A model generated the notes under the pieces. That model was given only the letters and a program-made list of their open reading frames with translations, was not told the DNA's origin and made no database searches. DNA of 64,000 bases from Planctomycetota bacterium (GTDB taxonomy: Bacteria; Planctomycetota; JAJSAM01; JAJVHW01): contig CBDFJG010000003.1 in the NCBI GenBank assembly GCA_965248445.1, forward strand, positions 928,001 through 992,000. The letters are read 5' to 3'. The translations under genes were made by a program, and so were the position numbers. This document shows positions 1 to 9,209 of this stretch, piece by piece (within the stretch, counting starts at the first letter, position 1; every line of letters begins with the position of its first letter).

Positions 1-1081
1 GGAACAGGCTCGTGCTCGACAGCGACCCGGGGATCGTGGTGAACAGCGTGCTGAAGTCACGTCCCTCGCGCTGCCTGAGGGGGCGGTGCCCCGAGCGGCT
101 GAGAACCGTGTTCAGGACTCCCGGCTGGAAAGCGGGGATGATCGTCGCGTACGCCCTGCCGATCAGGAGGCCGACGTCTTCGAGAGTCGCCTTGATAGGG
201 ACATTGGGGACGAACATCACGCGCGTCTTGCTGCGACGGTTGATCAACACTCTGCGGTACTCGCGGCGGCGCAGAACGGAGTCGGCGTCGGGGACGCCCG
301 TGGCGGCGTTGATCGGGTGGAAGAAGCGCTCGAACTCGCTGTTACCCGTCAGCTGGGCGAACGCCGTGGGGTCGCCCGTCAGCGGATCGGCGATGAAGTC
401 GAGGTGCGCCTTGTAGAGCACGTCGTCGCCGGACACGCGCTGGCGATACGGCTCGAGCGAGTCGCCGAGAAGCCGCTGCGGCGGGTAGATGCCCGTCACG
501 CCCTCGTCGTCGAGACGCGTCCCCGCGCCGTACGACGGGCCGAAGAAGTCGCGCAGGTCGCGGTCGATCTTGCGCAGCCTGCCGAACTTGCCCTTGCGCT
601 CGAGCTGCTTGATCAGCCGGGCGGCACGGCGCGACGCGTCCGAACGCGGCAGACCCCGAATCAGCTGGTACCACTCCTGGATCGCTTCGGGACGGATCAC
701 GACGCGCCGCTGCGTGGAGCGGTCGTACATGAACTTGCCGACGATGTACCGGCCCATGGCCTGCTCGCCGTTGTTCACGCCCGTGCGGATCAGGATCGTG
801 TCCGGACCGACGCTGCTGTCAAGCACGGCCGCGTTGAAGCGGATCGTGATGACCTCGTCGAGCCGGACTCCGGAAACGGCGTCGTGCGTGCTGCCACGCA
901 CGTAGTTGACCGCGCCCGCGTGGATCTCGGCATCCGGGGAGACCAGCGACAGCCCGGCGAATCCGGCGCCCATCGCGAACGCTCCTGCGCACAGGAACGC
1001 ACCGGCGAGACCGCGTGTGACGCGGACACCCCTGCGCTGCTTGCGACCCCCGTCGACCTGCACTTGCTTCTTCGTAGGCAT
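1..1081 (-). CDS. Secreted/surface protein with Ig-like (Big_5/SbsA-like) domain, 3' end outside window
   Basis: Hand-translated from ATG 1081 (GGAGAG upstream): MPTKKQVQ...GLAGAFLCAGAFAMGAGFAGLSLVSP...VRLDEVITIRFNAAVLDSSVGPDTILIR. Open to the window edge, so absent from the ORF track. Confidence 0.7.
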   Translation of the reverse strand, partial: MPTKKQVQVDGGRKQRRGVRVTRGLAGAFLCAGAFAMGAGFAGLSLVSPDAEIHAGAVNYVRGSTHDAVSGVRLDEVITIRFNAAVLDSSVGPDTILIRTGVNNGEQAMGRYIVGKFMYDRSTQRRVVIRPEAIQEWYQLIRGLPRSDASRRAARLIKQLERKGKFGRLRKIDRDLRDFFGPSYGAGTRLDDEGVTGIYPPQRLLGDSLEPYRQRVSGDDVLYKAHLDFIADPLTGDPTAFAQLTGNSEFERFFHPINAATGVPDADSVLRRREYRRVLINRRSKTRVMFVPNVPIKATLEDVGLLIGRAYATIIPAFQPGVLNTVLSRSGHRPLRQREGRDFSTLFTTIPGSLSSTSLF

Positions 1082-1160
1082 TGTCTCTCCGTGTCCCGGG
1101 TGTGGGCCCGCCAGGCCGTCGAAGCCGTATCCCGCGGAGCGGGACGGCACCCGTCTGAGA

Positions 1161-3176
1161 TCAGAACTGATACGGCACCTGAGTGCTCGAGATGCGAGCA
1201 GTCTGGTTCGTGTTGAGGTTTGCGATCATGGTGATCCGGAAGCGAACGAAGCGGTGTCCGTCGACGTCCGTCACCTGGGTCGTGTAGCCAGTCGCCGTCG
1301 TGACGTCCGCGATGAAGCCGCCCGGGTTGAACGGGTCCGCCTTGCCGTGCGCGCCCTCGAGCTCGAGGACGACCTGCACACCGCCGGACTGGCTGCTCGG
1401 CGACACGATCGGGTTCGCCATGAGCGGGTCGTCCGAGGCCAGCTCGTACCACGCCGAGACGGCGCGCGTCGTGCGGCGGCGCTTCTTGAAGCGCGTGTCG
1501 TACATCACCGGGTCCGTCGCGAAGCTGGCGCTCGGCGAGTTGGCGTCACGCGACACCGCGCGGCGCGTCGGGAACGAGATCCCGGTCGGCACGAAACCGA
1601 TGCGCAGGATCTGACAATTGTTCCCGCCCGGGATGATTGCGTCGAAGACGACGTTGTTGATGCCGTTGAACTCGAACGGAGTGGTGAACGCCGGGTAGTC
1701 CCAGTAGCCCGTGATGAGTCCCGGCGGCATGATGTTGAGTGCCTGCGGCACGTCGTAGTTGCCCTGGTAGACCGTGACCGGGTTACCGAGGTTGACGTTC
1801 GCGCCCCAGTCCGACCCGAGCGCTGCGCTGGTGTGTCCGTACAGCAGTTCGATGTCCGGATACGTCGCCGCGAACAGCGCGTTGGACGACGGTCCCCAAG
1901 CGGTCGCCACGATGGCGCCGGGGTCGCCGATGTCGGCAGGCACGTACAGCATCTGGCAGCGAGAACCGTTCGGCAGCGCGGTGCAGCCTCCACCGCCGCT
2001 GGACGGAATGCTCTCCGCCACGAGGGGCTCGGCGACGCGCGTGCGAACGATCGTCGTGCCGGTGCTCAGACTCGTGGGCTGGAAGTCCACGTTCGGGAAC
2101 GTGATCGCAGCCCCGCCGAGCAGGAAGCCCGCCTCGAGCGTGTTCCACTCGCCGCCCTCGATGATCGTGATCGTGTCCATGTTGTCCTGGTCGTCGAAGC
2201 CCTCGGCCAGGATCGATGAGGACGGCTTGCCCGGGACGTAGCGCGTGCGGAACAACGGGAAGACGACCGGTCGCTTGAGCGAGTTGCCGGCGAGGTCCGT
2301 GATGGCCGTCGTCAGCGTGATCTCGACGTCCCAGCCGGCCAGGTTGACCTCGTCGGAGCCGAAGCCCAGCGACGGGACGAACTGGTACCGCGTGCCGCAA
2401 CGATCGGTCGGGTCCACGCGGATGAAGCCGGGCACCTGCTCACCGATGGCGGTCCGCGTCACGATCACACTGGAACTCGGGTCGAGCGTGGCCGGATCCA
2501 TCGGCTCGCTGAACTCGATGATGACGAGCGCGTCCTCGTCCACGAGTCCGGTCGAGCCGCTGCGCGGCGGACTGAAGCCGAGCTTGCCGGTACCGAAGTC
2601 GCCTACGAACCGCGGCTGGCCGGGGACGGGGTCGTTGTACGTCCCGTTCGAGCGGAACGACCCGGTGAAGCCCTGCTTGATCCGTTCGCGGCGGAGGTTC
2701 TTCAGGACGGCGAGTTCCGGCGGTCCGGGGATCTCGACGGAGTAGTCCTGGAATGCGTCGAAGCCGAGGAAGTTGTCCTTGCACGTGACCGTGGAGTTCT
2801 TCTTCTTCGACTCGTCGAAACTGCGCTGGGTCTGCGTCGGATCGAAGATAACCTTGCGACCCTTGACTCTGAGCGCGCCGATCGCCGGCCGCACGCCAGA
2901 CGGTGTGACGGCGCCGATACGGATCGAGCGGTCGTCAACGGAGTTCTTCTTCGGGTACGCCGAGAACTTGAAGACCAGCCCCTCGTTGCGGCGCACATCG
3001 ATCCGACCGTGCTGGACGAACGACGTCATGAACAGGGGCGCGGAGGCGAACCGGGGATTGAACCGGCGGCGGCGCTTCGCATCGGCCGGCGGTGCGACCA
3101 TCGCGACGACGATCGCCGCGAGTGCCACGCTGACGAGGACGCGTCGCGTCCTAAAGCGCTGATCATGACTTCGCAT
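1161..3176 (-). CDS. Secreted protein with two Ig-like (Big_5-like) domains and beta-rich C-terminus
   Basis: Signal-peptide-like VLVSVALAAIVVAMVAPPADA; IIEFSEPMDPATL...ITLTTAITDLAGNSL is Big_5-like. Start at MRSHDQ after AGAGGAG. Confidence 0.7.
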   Translation of the reverse strand: MRSHDQRFRTRRVLVSVALAAIVVAMVAPPADAKRRRRFNPRFASAPLFMTSFVQHGRIDVRRNEGLVFKFSAYPKKNSVDDRSIRIGAVTPSGVRPAIGALRVKGRKVIFDPTQTQRSFDESKKKNSTVTCKDNFLGFDAFQDYSVEIPGPPELAVLKNLRRERIKQGFTGSFRSNGTYNDPVPGQPRFVGDFGTGKLGFSPPRSGSTGLVDEDALVIIEFSEPMDPATLDPSSSVIVTRTAIGEQVPGFIRVDPTDRCGTRYQFVPSLGFGSDEVNLAGWDVEITLTTAITDLAGNSLKRPVVFPLFRTRYVPGKPSSSILAEGFDDQDNMDTITIIEGGEWNTLEAGFLLGGAAITFPNVDFQPTSLSTGTTIVRTRVAEPLVAESIPSSGGGGCTALPNGSRCQMLYVPADIGDPGAIVATAWGPSSNALFAATYPDIELLYGHTSAALGSDWGANVNLGNPVTVYQGNYDVPQALNIMPPGLITGYWDYPAFTTPFEFNGINNVVFDAIIPGGNNCQILRIGFVPTGISFPTRRAVSRDANSPSASFATDPVMYDTRFKKRRRTTRAVSAWYELASDDPLMANPIVSPSSQSGGVQVVLELEGAHGKADPFNPGGFIADVTTATGYTTQVTDVDGHRFVRFRITMIANLNTNQTARISSTQVPYQF

Positions 3177-3549
3177 CACGAGGCTGCTCCTCTCGTTGGT
3201 GCCGACGACGGTGAATTCCGCCTCCGTCCCAACACGACGAGGGTGCGATCCCCTGACGCGTCGCTCGAACGCCCCCACGGGAACGCAACGAACGAAGCGT
3301 CCATACGCTTCACCCTCGCCGCACGGCGGCTCCAGGCGGGATGTTAGGTCGGCCCACCGGACCCGTCCAACGGTTTCTGTCACCCCCCGAGCCCACAACG
3401 GAGCCCGGGCGGCAGCCTGAGTGCGCAACCTGCGTGCCGCCTTCGGGATGCCGCCGACCGACGGCCCGCTGGGACGGACCGAGCCTGGGCTCGTCCGCCA
3501 CCGTGCGATACCGCACGCGCGAGCCCGAGCGGTGTCCCGGTTGCCGTCG

Positions 3550-4869
3550 TTACGCGCCGTCCGCGACGTCGTGGGGCCGGCGGCTCGGGACGAAGCCCGC
3601 GGCCAGAGCCTCTCCGCGCGTCCGGAACAGCACCAGGTTCTCGGGGAGCACGCGCTCTGCGTCCGCCGATCCGATCGGGTGGAACCGGCCTGCCTCGCGG
3701 CTCCCGCCGAACTGCGGCCGGGTCCGCCTGCCGCAGTAGAGGCACTCGACGTCAGTGCCCGGCTCGAGCTCGCCGAGGATCAGAAAGTCCGGTCGCACCG
3801 GGTCTCCGGTCCGGGCCGCGACGCATCCGTCGCCGCGGCAGCGCATCCCGCGGCGGCTGCGGTACCGATCCCCGCCCGGCGGCGCCGACGCATCGGAGGC
3901 CTCCGTCGAGACGGGTGTCGCGGCGCACGCAAGCAGCGCCGCGACCGCGCCGCACGAGGCGGTGTGCGCGCGTCCCTCGGGCGGCGCGGCGCCACGGCGA
4001 CGGAACGGGGAGAGGACCAGGCGATCCGGCGCCCCGCCTCCCGCCGACACGAAAAGCACGTCGACGTCCTCTACGTGCCGGCGCGCGCGGCGGATCGAGG
4101 CACCGGGAGGGACGTCGACCTCCTCGAACAGGGGCAACTGCGCCGCTTCCTCGGGAGCCAGCAGCACGGTGTCGACCATGTCGAGGAGCGACCGCATGCT
4201 GCGGGCGGCGAAGCGGTAGGGACGACCGCCGGTGCGGCGGGCCAGCCGCAGGAGCGCATCCTCGGTGAGGTCTCGCCCCTCGGCCGGGACCAGCAGCACC
4301 GTTGCGTGGACTCCGGCGAGCGCCGACAGGAAGGCGCGCGCGCTGCGGCTGCCGCGCAGGTCCCCGCACACGGCGGCGTGCAGTGCCCGCGACGAGCCGC
4401 GCGACGCGTGCTCGGTGAGCGCGGCGGACAGAAGGGAAAGACCGGCCACGGGATCCTCGCCGCCGCCCTCCCCCGCGTTCACGACCGCGCAGCCGGTCAC
4501 CTCGGCGGCCGCCCGTGCGAAACCGGTCCAGGGGTGGCTCACCACCAGGAGGTCAGCCCAGCGGGCGGCCTCACGCACGAAGCCGAGCGGGTCGCTCTCG
4601 CTCGGGGCCAGCACGAGATCGCTCTGTCGCAACACCGTGGCGCCGAGGCGGCCGGCAGCCGCGATCCACGCGGCAGGAGGCAGGGTGACGGGACCGTCCG
4701 TGAGCACGGCCACCACGCGTCCGGCGAGCGGTTGTCCGTCAGCGCCTTCCCCGTGCGCACGCTGCCCGTAGGCACCTGGCGCGTAGGCGCCTGGCCCGGC
4801 GGCGGCGGCGGCCAGTCTCCTGAGCTCGGCCTCGGTCAGATCCAGCAGCGACGAGATGCAGCGCGTCAC
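3550..4869 (-). CDS. Aspartate carbamoyltransferase-like pseudoenzyme fused to PyrI-like Zn domain and Ada-like domain
   Basis: PyrB scaffold motifs (ISSLLDLT, LAGRVVA, AAGRLG, DLLVVSHP, VVNAGEG, AVCGDLRGSRS) but STRT and HPxQ are missing. CxxxxC...CxxC near C-terminus. GTG start overlaps the coaX stop. Confidence 0.7.
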   Translation of the reverse strand: MTRCISSLLDLTEAELRRLAAAAAGPGAYAPGAYGQRAHGEGADGQPLAGRVVAVLTDGPVTLPPAAWIAAAGRLGATVLRQSDLVLAPSESDPLGFVREAARWADLLVVSHPWTGFARAAAEVTGCAVVNAGEGGGEDPVAGLSLLSAALTEHASRGSSRALHAAVCGDLRGSRSARAFLSALAGVHATVLLVPAEGRDLTEDALLRLARRTGGRPYRFAARSMRSLLDMVDTVLLAPEEAAQLPLFEEVDVPPGASIRRARRHVEDVDVLFVSAGGGAPDRLVLSPFRRRGAAPPEGRAHTASCGAVAALLACAATPVSTEASDASAPPGGDRYRSRRGMRCRGDGCVAARTGDPVRPDFLILGELEPGTDVECLYCGRRTRPQFGGSREAGRFHPIGSADAERVLPENLVLFRTRGEALAAGFVPSRRPHDVADGA

Positions 4870-5642
4870 AGCGGAACCTCGAGGTGGAGCCGCCGGGCGC
4901 CGTGGAGCACGGCGTGGGGCGCCAGTTCGCCCGCGCCGGCCAGCAACGGGAGAAGTGTGGGCGCCGCGCCGCCCGTCAACACAAGCGGCGCGTCTCCGAC
5001 AACGCTCCGCGCAGCGCGGACCAATCGATCGACGCTCCCGGCTCCGCCGAGCAGCACTCCGTTGCGCAGTGCATCGTCCGTACCGCGGGCCGGTACCTCG
5101 GGCGGGCCGTCCAGCGCCACCGGCGGAAGATGCGGGGCGGCGTGCCGCAATCCGACCCGCGCAGCACGCACTCCCGCCGCGATGGCGATGGCCACGAAGC
5201 GGCCGTCTGCGTCGATCGCATCGACCGTCGTGCACGTGCCCGCGTCCACGACCACCACCGGGCCGCCGCCGACTGCGTCCTGCGCCCCGTACGCCGCCGC
5301 CAGGCGGTCGACACCCAGTTCGGCCGGATCGTCATAGCTGCCGGCGACCGCTGCCAGCAACTCGTCCCCGAGCACCCGTGGCCGGCCGGGCAGTGCCGCC
5401 AGAACAACCGGCAGGACGGCCGGAGCGGAGCAGACGACGACGATCTCGTCCGCAGCGGCAACGTGTGGGAACGGAACGAGGCCGTCCGCCAGTGGCGCAC
5501 GGCTGCCCGCGTCGCCTGCACCGCCCGCTCCTCCTCCGCCGGCTGGCGCCCCGCCCTCGGTCTCCTCGGTGGCGACGAGGCGGTCGCCGCGGAACGCGCC
5601 GAACTTCACGCGTGTGTTACCGGCGTCGACGACGACGAGCAT
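4866..5642 (-). CDS. coaX: Type III pantothenate kinase
   Basis: VDAGNTRVKF, YDDPAELGVDR, VVVDAGTCTTVD, LTGG motifs. Confidence 0.9.
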   Translation of the reverse strand: MLVVVDAGNTRVKFGAFRGDRLVATEETEGGAPAGGGGAGGAGDAGSRAPLADGLVPFPHVAAADEIVVVCSAPAVLPVVLAALPGRPRVLGDELLAAVAGSYDDPAELGVDRLAAAYGAQDAVGGGPVVVVDAGTCTTVDAIDADGRFVAIAIAAGVRAARVGLRHAAPHLPPVALDGPPEVPARGTDDALRNGVLLGGAGSVDRLVRAARSVVGDAPLVLTGGAAPTLLPLLAGAGELAPHAVLHGARRLHLEVPL

Positions 5643-5731
5643 CTCCGGATAGTAGCCCGTCGCAGGCCACAGCGAGCGCAACGGGCACGGCGTCAGCCGT
5701 GGGCCCCTACGAGCAGCGACACGACCGCCGC

Positions 5732-6718
5732 TCAGCGCGACGCGAAGCGGTACGTCATCGTGCGCGTCTGGCCGGTCGCGTCCTCGACCACCACCTCGTA
5801 GCGGTCCAGCCCCTTGCCCTCTTCGCGCAGGTAGCGCGCCGCGTCCTCTTCGGAGGTGACCGACGTGCCGTTGATCGACTTGATGACGTCGCCCTTGAAG
5901 AGGCCGCGGCCGCGGGCGACCGGCGTCCCGGCACCGAGCGACGACCGGATCTCGAGACCGACGGGCTTCCCGTCCGCGTCCTTCTTCGTCGCGAAGGACG
6001 CCTTCTCGAACACCTCGCTCTGGCCCCAGCGCTGCCACCAGCGCCACTCCTCGGGCGGAACGGTCCAGTCGTTCGGGTGCTCTCTGTCTGCGATGTACGC
6101 CTGGCGGGTCAGCTTGCCCCGCTCGGGATCCGGCCCGACCGGCGAGTCGGGATCGTCGTCGAGGACCCTTCGGAACGGCATGTCGCCGTCCTTGAACGGC
6201 ATCTCGAGGAGTTCCTCTTCCAGGAGCACCAGGTCCGTGACCGACCGGTCCACGTGCTGGAACGTCGCGACAGCGGCTCCCTCGACCTTGGCCGTCACGC
6301 CCACGAGCTGCCAGTTCTCGATGATCTCACCGACCAGGACGTACTGGATCTTGCCGCCCCTCTCGATGCGCAGGATCGAGTGCACGGTGTCATCGTTGAT
6401 GATCCCGCCGCGGAAGAACGTGCCCTGCTTGAACTTCTCGGCCTCGGTGCGCTTGTCGACCACGACCTCGGGGCCCTTGTCGGGCTTGGGCACCTCGCCG
6501 TCCACCGGCGTCTCCCAGATGTGCCGGAACGAGGCGACGTCTCCGGGCCAGGAGCGCTCGATCCCGCGGACGGGCTTGTCCTCGCCCGGCCAGCTGGCCT
6601 CGATCTTCTGGGCCCGTGCCTGGTACGCGTCCACGAACTGGAGGACGGTCCACGTCACACCGGCGAGAACAACGAGGTTCCCGACCCAACAGAGTGTCTT
6701 GAGTTGGCTGATCCGCAT
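5732..6718 (-). CDS. Membrane-anchored PDZ-domain protein, GspC-like (paralog A)
   Basis: N-terminal TM, beta-rich mid domain (VLVGEIIENWQLVGV), C-terminal PDZ (RGLFKGDVIKSINGTSV). Confidence 0.65.
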   Translation of the reverse strand: MRISQLKTLCWVGNLVVLAGVTWTVLQFVDAYQARAQKIEASWPGEDKPVRGIERSWPGDVASFRHIWETPVDGEVPKPDKGPEVVVDKRTEAEKFKQGTFFRGGIINDDTVHSILRIERGGKIQYVLVGEIIENWQLVGVTAKVEGAAVATFQHVDRSVTDLVLLEEELLEMPFKDGDMPFRRVLDDDPDSPVGPDPERGKLTRQAYIADREHPNDWTVPPEEWRWWQRWGQSEVFEKASFATKKDADGKPVGLEIRSSLGAGTPVARGRGLFKGDVIKSINGTSVTSEEDAARYLREEGKGLDRYEVVVEDATGQTRTMTYRFASR

Positions 6719-6827
6719 GGCTGGCTGATGATCCTAACTACGGTCGTCTCAGCCTTGGACGAACCGCAGAGCGCGGTCTTGCAGCGGATTCGCCCAGATC
6801 CGAGCCGACGCAGGGAGGCTTCCGGGC

Positions 6828-7805
6828 TCACGGCCGCCGGACGCTGCGCCAGACCAGGGTCCGCTCGGCGCCCGCGACGTCACGCAGCCGGAAGGAGACG
6901 CTGCCCTCAGCGGTCAGGGCGCTCCGAACCAGGGAGGCCAGGTCGGCAGCCGAGCCTGGCGCCACGCCGTCCACCGCGAGGATGGTCTCCCCCTTGTGGA
7001 GCCCCCTGCCCGCAGCCACTGCGGTGCCCGCGCCGACCGCTCCGGCGATCTCGAGGCCGTCATCGCTGTCCGCGTTGACGTCGAGCGCGCCGAAAACGTC
7101 GTCGGCACCCCACCGGACCCACCAGCCGAGCTCCTCATCCGGGAGAAGCCAGACGTTCGGCTCCGGCTCGAATGCGCAGTAGACCAATTCGCCCCGCGCA
7201 CGGAAGCGCATGAGTGGCCCATCTGCGGGCAGAGCAACTGGCTCTCGCTCCACGAGTCCCTGCGCACTGACCAGCACCGGGACCTTCGGAACGTGCGAAC
7301 GGAGTTCGACGCGCTCGCGTCCGGCGCTCTCCATGTGGCGGAACACCGCGACGATCTCGCCCGACTCCGGGTCAAGAGCGATGCGCGTGATCTGCCACCC
7401 GTTCACGACACGACCGGGGCTCACCGTGTACGGAGTGCGTGCGTGCCGGATTCGCACCAGCGAACGGTGCGGATTGGAGTGGATGACGCCGGCCTCGACA
7501 CTCGTTGCCGCTGCGAACGCCTCGGAGGGGGTCGGTGGCCCCGGGCAGACGGGGATGTCCGGTGGCGCGGGCACGAACCCGTCGAGCGGGACGTTGAGCA
7601 GTTCCCGCACCCGGTCCATGTCCCATGCGACGCCCTCTGCGACAGGCCGCACGGTCCGCGCATCACCCGGCCAGGCCACGTGGAAGGGTTGCGCACGTGC
7701 TTCGTGTGCGTCGAGGAACGTCGTCGCCGTCCACGCCACGACGACGACGCTGATCGCATTGACCGCCCACGCAAGTGTTCGCAGTTGATGCAGCCGCACA
7801 CGCAC
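6828..7805 (-). CDS. Membrane-anchored PDZ-domain protein, GspC-like (paralog B)
   Basis: Collinear with 5732-6718 (QLRTLAW, WPG, VPLDG, WW.RWG, GRGLHKGETILAVDG). Confidence 0.6.
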   Translation of the reverse strand: MRVRLHQLRTLAWAVNAISVVVVAWTATTFLDAHEARAQPFHVAWPGDARTVRPVAEGVAWDMDRVRELLNVPLDGFVPAPPDIPVCPGPPTPSEAFAAATSVEAGVIHSNPHRSLVRIRHARTPYTVSPGRVVNGWQITRIALDPESGEIVAVFRHMESAGRERVELRSHVPKVPVLVSAQGLVEREPVALPADGPLMRFRARGELVYCAFEPEPNVWLLPDEELGWWVRWGADDVFGALDVNADSDDGLEIAGAVGAGTAVAAGRGLHKGETILAVDGVAPGSAADLASLVRSALTAEGSVSFRLRDVAGAERTLVWRSVRRP

Positions 7806-7871
7806 CTCCGCCGCCGTTACGCAGCAGGAAGTTGGACGCGCGAAGCAAGTCGAACTTGCTGCACCGTTCGC

Positions 7872-7896
7872 GGGCGGGGCAGCGCCCCGCCCCTAC
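7872..7896 (-). repeat. GTAG-type REP-like palindrome
   Basis: Minus strand reads GTAG-GGGCGGGGC-GCT-GCCCCGCCC: GTAG foot plus perfect 9-bp stem. Confidence 0.5.
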
Positions 7897-8057
7897 AGCG
7901 AGCTCACGGCCGAGCCGCGAACCGCGAGGGCGCGGGGGTTGCGGAGCAAGCGCCGTGACCGCAACCCTCCGTAGCGTCCGGAGGACGCGGAGGAGGGAGA
8001 CAAACTGACCAGGAGCGGGACGAGGATCGCCTCGCGATCCGAAGTGCCGCGACGCAG

Positions 8058-9167
8058 TCAGTAGGTGGGCTGCCCGTAGCCCACCGTCTGGCGGGAGCCG
8101 CGGGAGATGCCGCGCAGCGAGAGCTTCAGCTCGCCCGGGTTGTCCGACGAGTTCATGGCGTCCTCGAGCGAGATGTCGCCGGCGCGGATCATCGCGAGCA
8201 GCGACTGGTTGAAGGTCATCGACCCGAAGTGCTGGTTGCCTTCGTAGATCGCCTTCGAGATCTCGCGAGTGCGCCCCTCGGCGAGCAATTCGCGCACGGT
8301 CGGGGTACCGAGCATGATCTCGATCGCGGGCACGCGTCCGAACTGGCCGGAGCGGGCGATGAGGCGCTGGCTGATCACGCCCTCGAGCAGCATCGAGAGC
8401 TGCATGCGGATGAGGCCGTGGTGGTGCGGCGGAAAGAACGCAAGGATGCGCTCGACGGTCTGCACGGCGTTGACCGTGTGGAGCGTCGAGAACACGAGGT
8501 GACCGGTCTCCGCCGCCATCAGAGTCGCCTCGACCGTCGCCTTGTCTCGCATCTCACCGACCATGATCACGTCCGGCGACTGGCGCACGACGTGCTTGAG
8601 CGCCGCCTCGAACGAGAGCGTGTCGACGCCGACCTCGCGCTGGTTGATCGTAGACTTGATGTCGGGGAACAGGAACTCGACCGGGTCTTCCAGCGTGACG
8701 ATGTGGCGCTCGTCGTTGTTGTTGATCCAGTCGATCATCGAGGCCAGAGTGGTCGACTTGCCGCTGCCGGCGGTGCCTGTGACGAGGATCAGTCCGCGAC
8801 GCAGTGAGCAGAGGTTGTGCAACTGCTCTTCAGGAAGATTGAGTTCGCTCATCTTGGGGATGACGGACTTCACGTGGCGGAACACGAACGAGAGGCGCCC
8901 GCGCTGACGGAACACGTTCACGCGGAAGCGGCCGACGTCGGCCACCTCGAACGCGGAGTCGGCCTCGCCGGTGCGGAAGAACCGCTCCTGCTGCGACTCG
9001 TCGAGAACGCGGTCGAACAGCTCCTGCGCGGACTTCTGTGGGAAGCCGGCGTCCGAGACGAAGCGCACGCGCCCGTCCATGCGGATCGACGGCTTGCCGC
9101 CGGTGCGCAGAATCAGGTCGGAACCACCGGCATCGACCAGGCACCGGAACAGATCTTCGACGCGCAT
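8058..9167 (-). CDS. pilT: PilT/PilU-family type IV pilus retraction ATPase
   Basis: Walker A GTAGSGKST, TLEDPVE, QREVGVDT, RQSPDVIMVGEMRD, AETGHLVFSTLH. Confidence 0.9.
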   Translation of the reverse strand: MRVEDLFRCLVDAGGSDLILRTGGKPSIRMDGRVRFVSDAGFPQKSAQELFDRVLDESQQERFFRTGEADSAFEVADVGRFRVNVFRQRGRLSFVFRHVKSVIPKMSELNLPEEQLHNLCSLRRGLILVTGTAGSGKSTTLASMIDWINNNDERHIVTLEDPVEFLFPDIKSTINQREVGVDTLSFEAALKHVVRQSPDVIMVGEMRDKATVEATLMAAETGHLVFSTLHTVNAVQTVERILAFFPPHHHGLIRMQLSMLLEGVISQRLIARSGQFGRVPAIEIMLGTPTVRELLAEGRTREISKAIYEGNQHFGSMTFNQSLLAMIRAGDISLEDAMNSSDNPGELKLSLRGISRGSRQTVGYGQPTY

Positions 9168-9209
9168 CGAACCCCCTCGGGCGGCGCACGCCCGGGGGGC
9201 GAACTCCGC

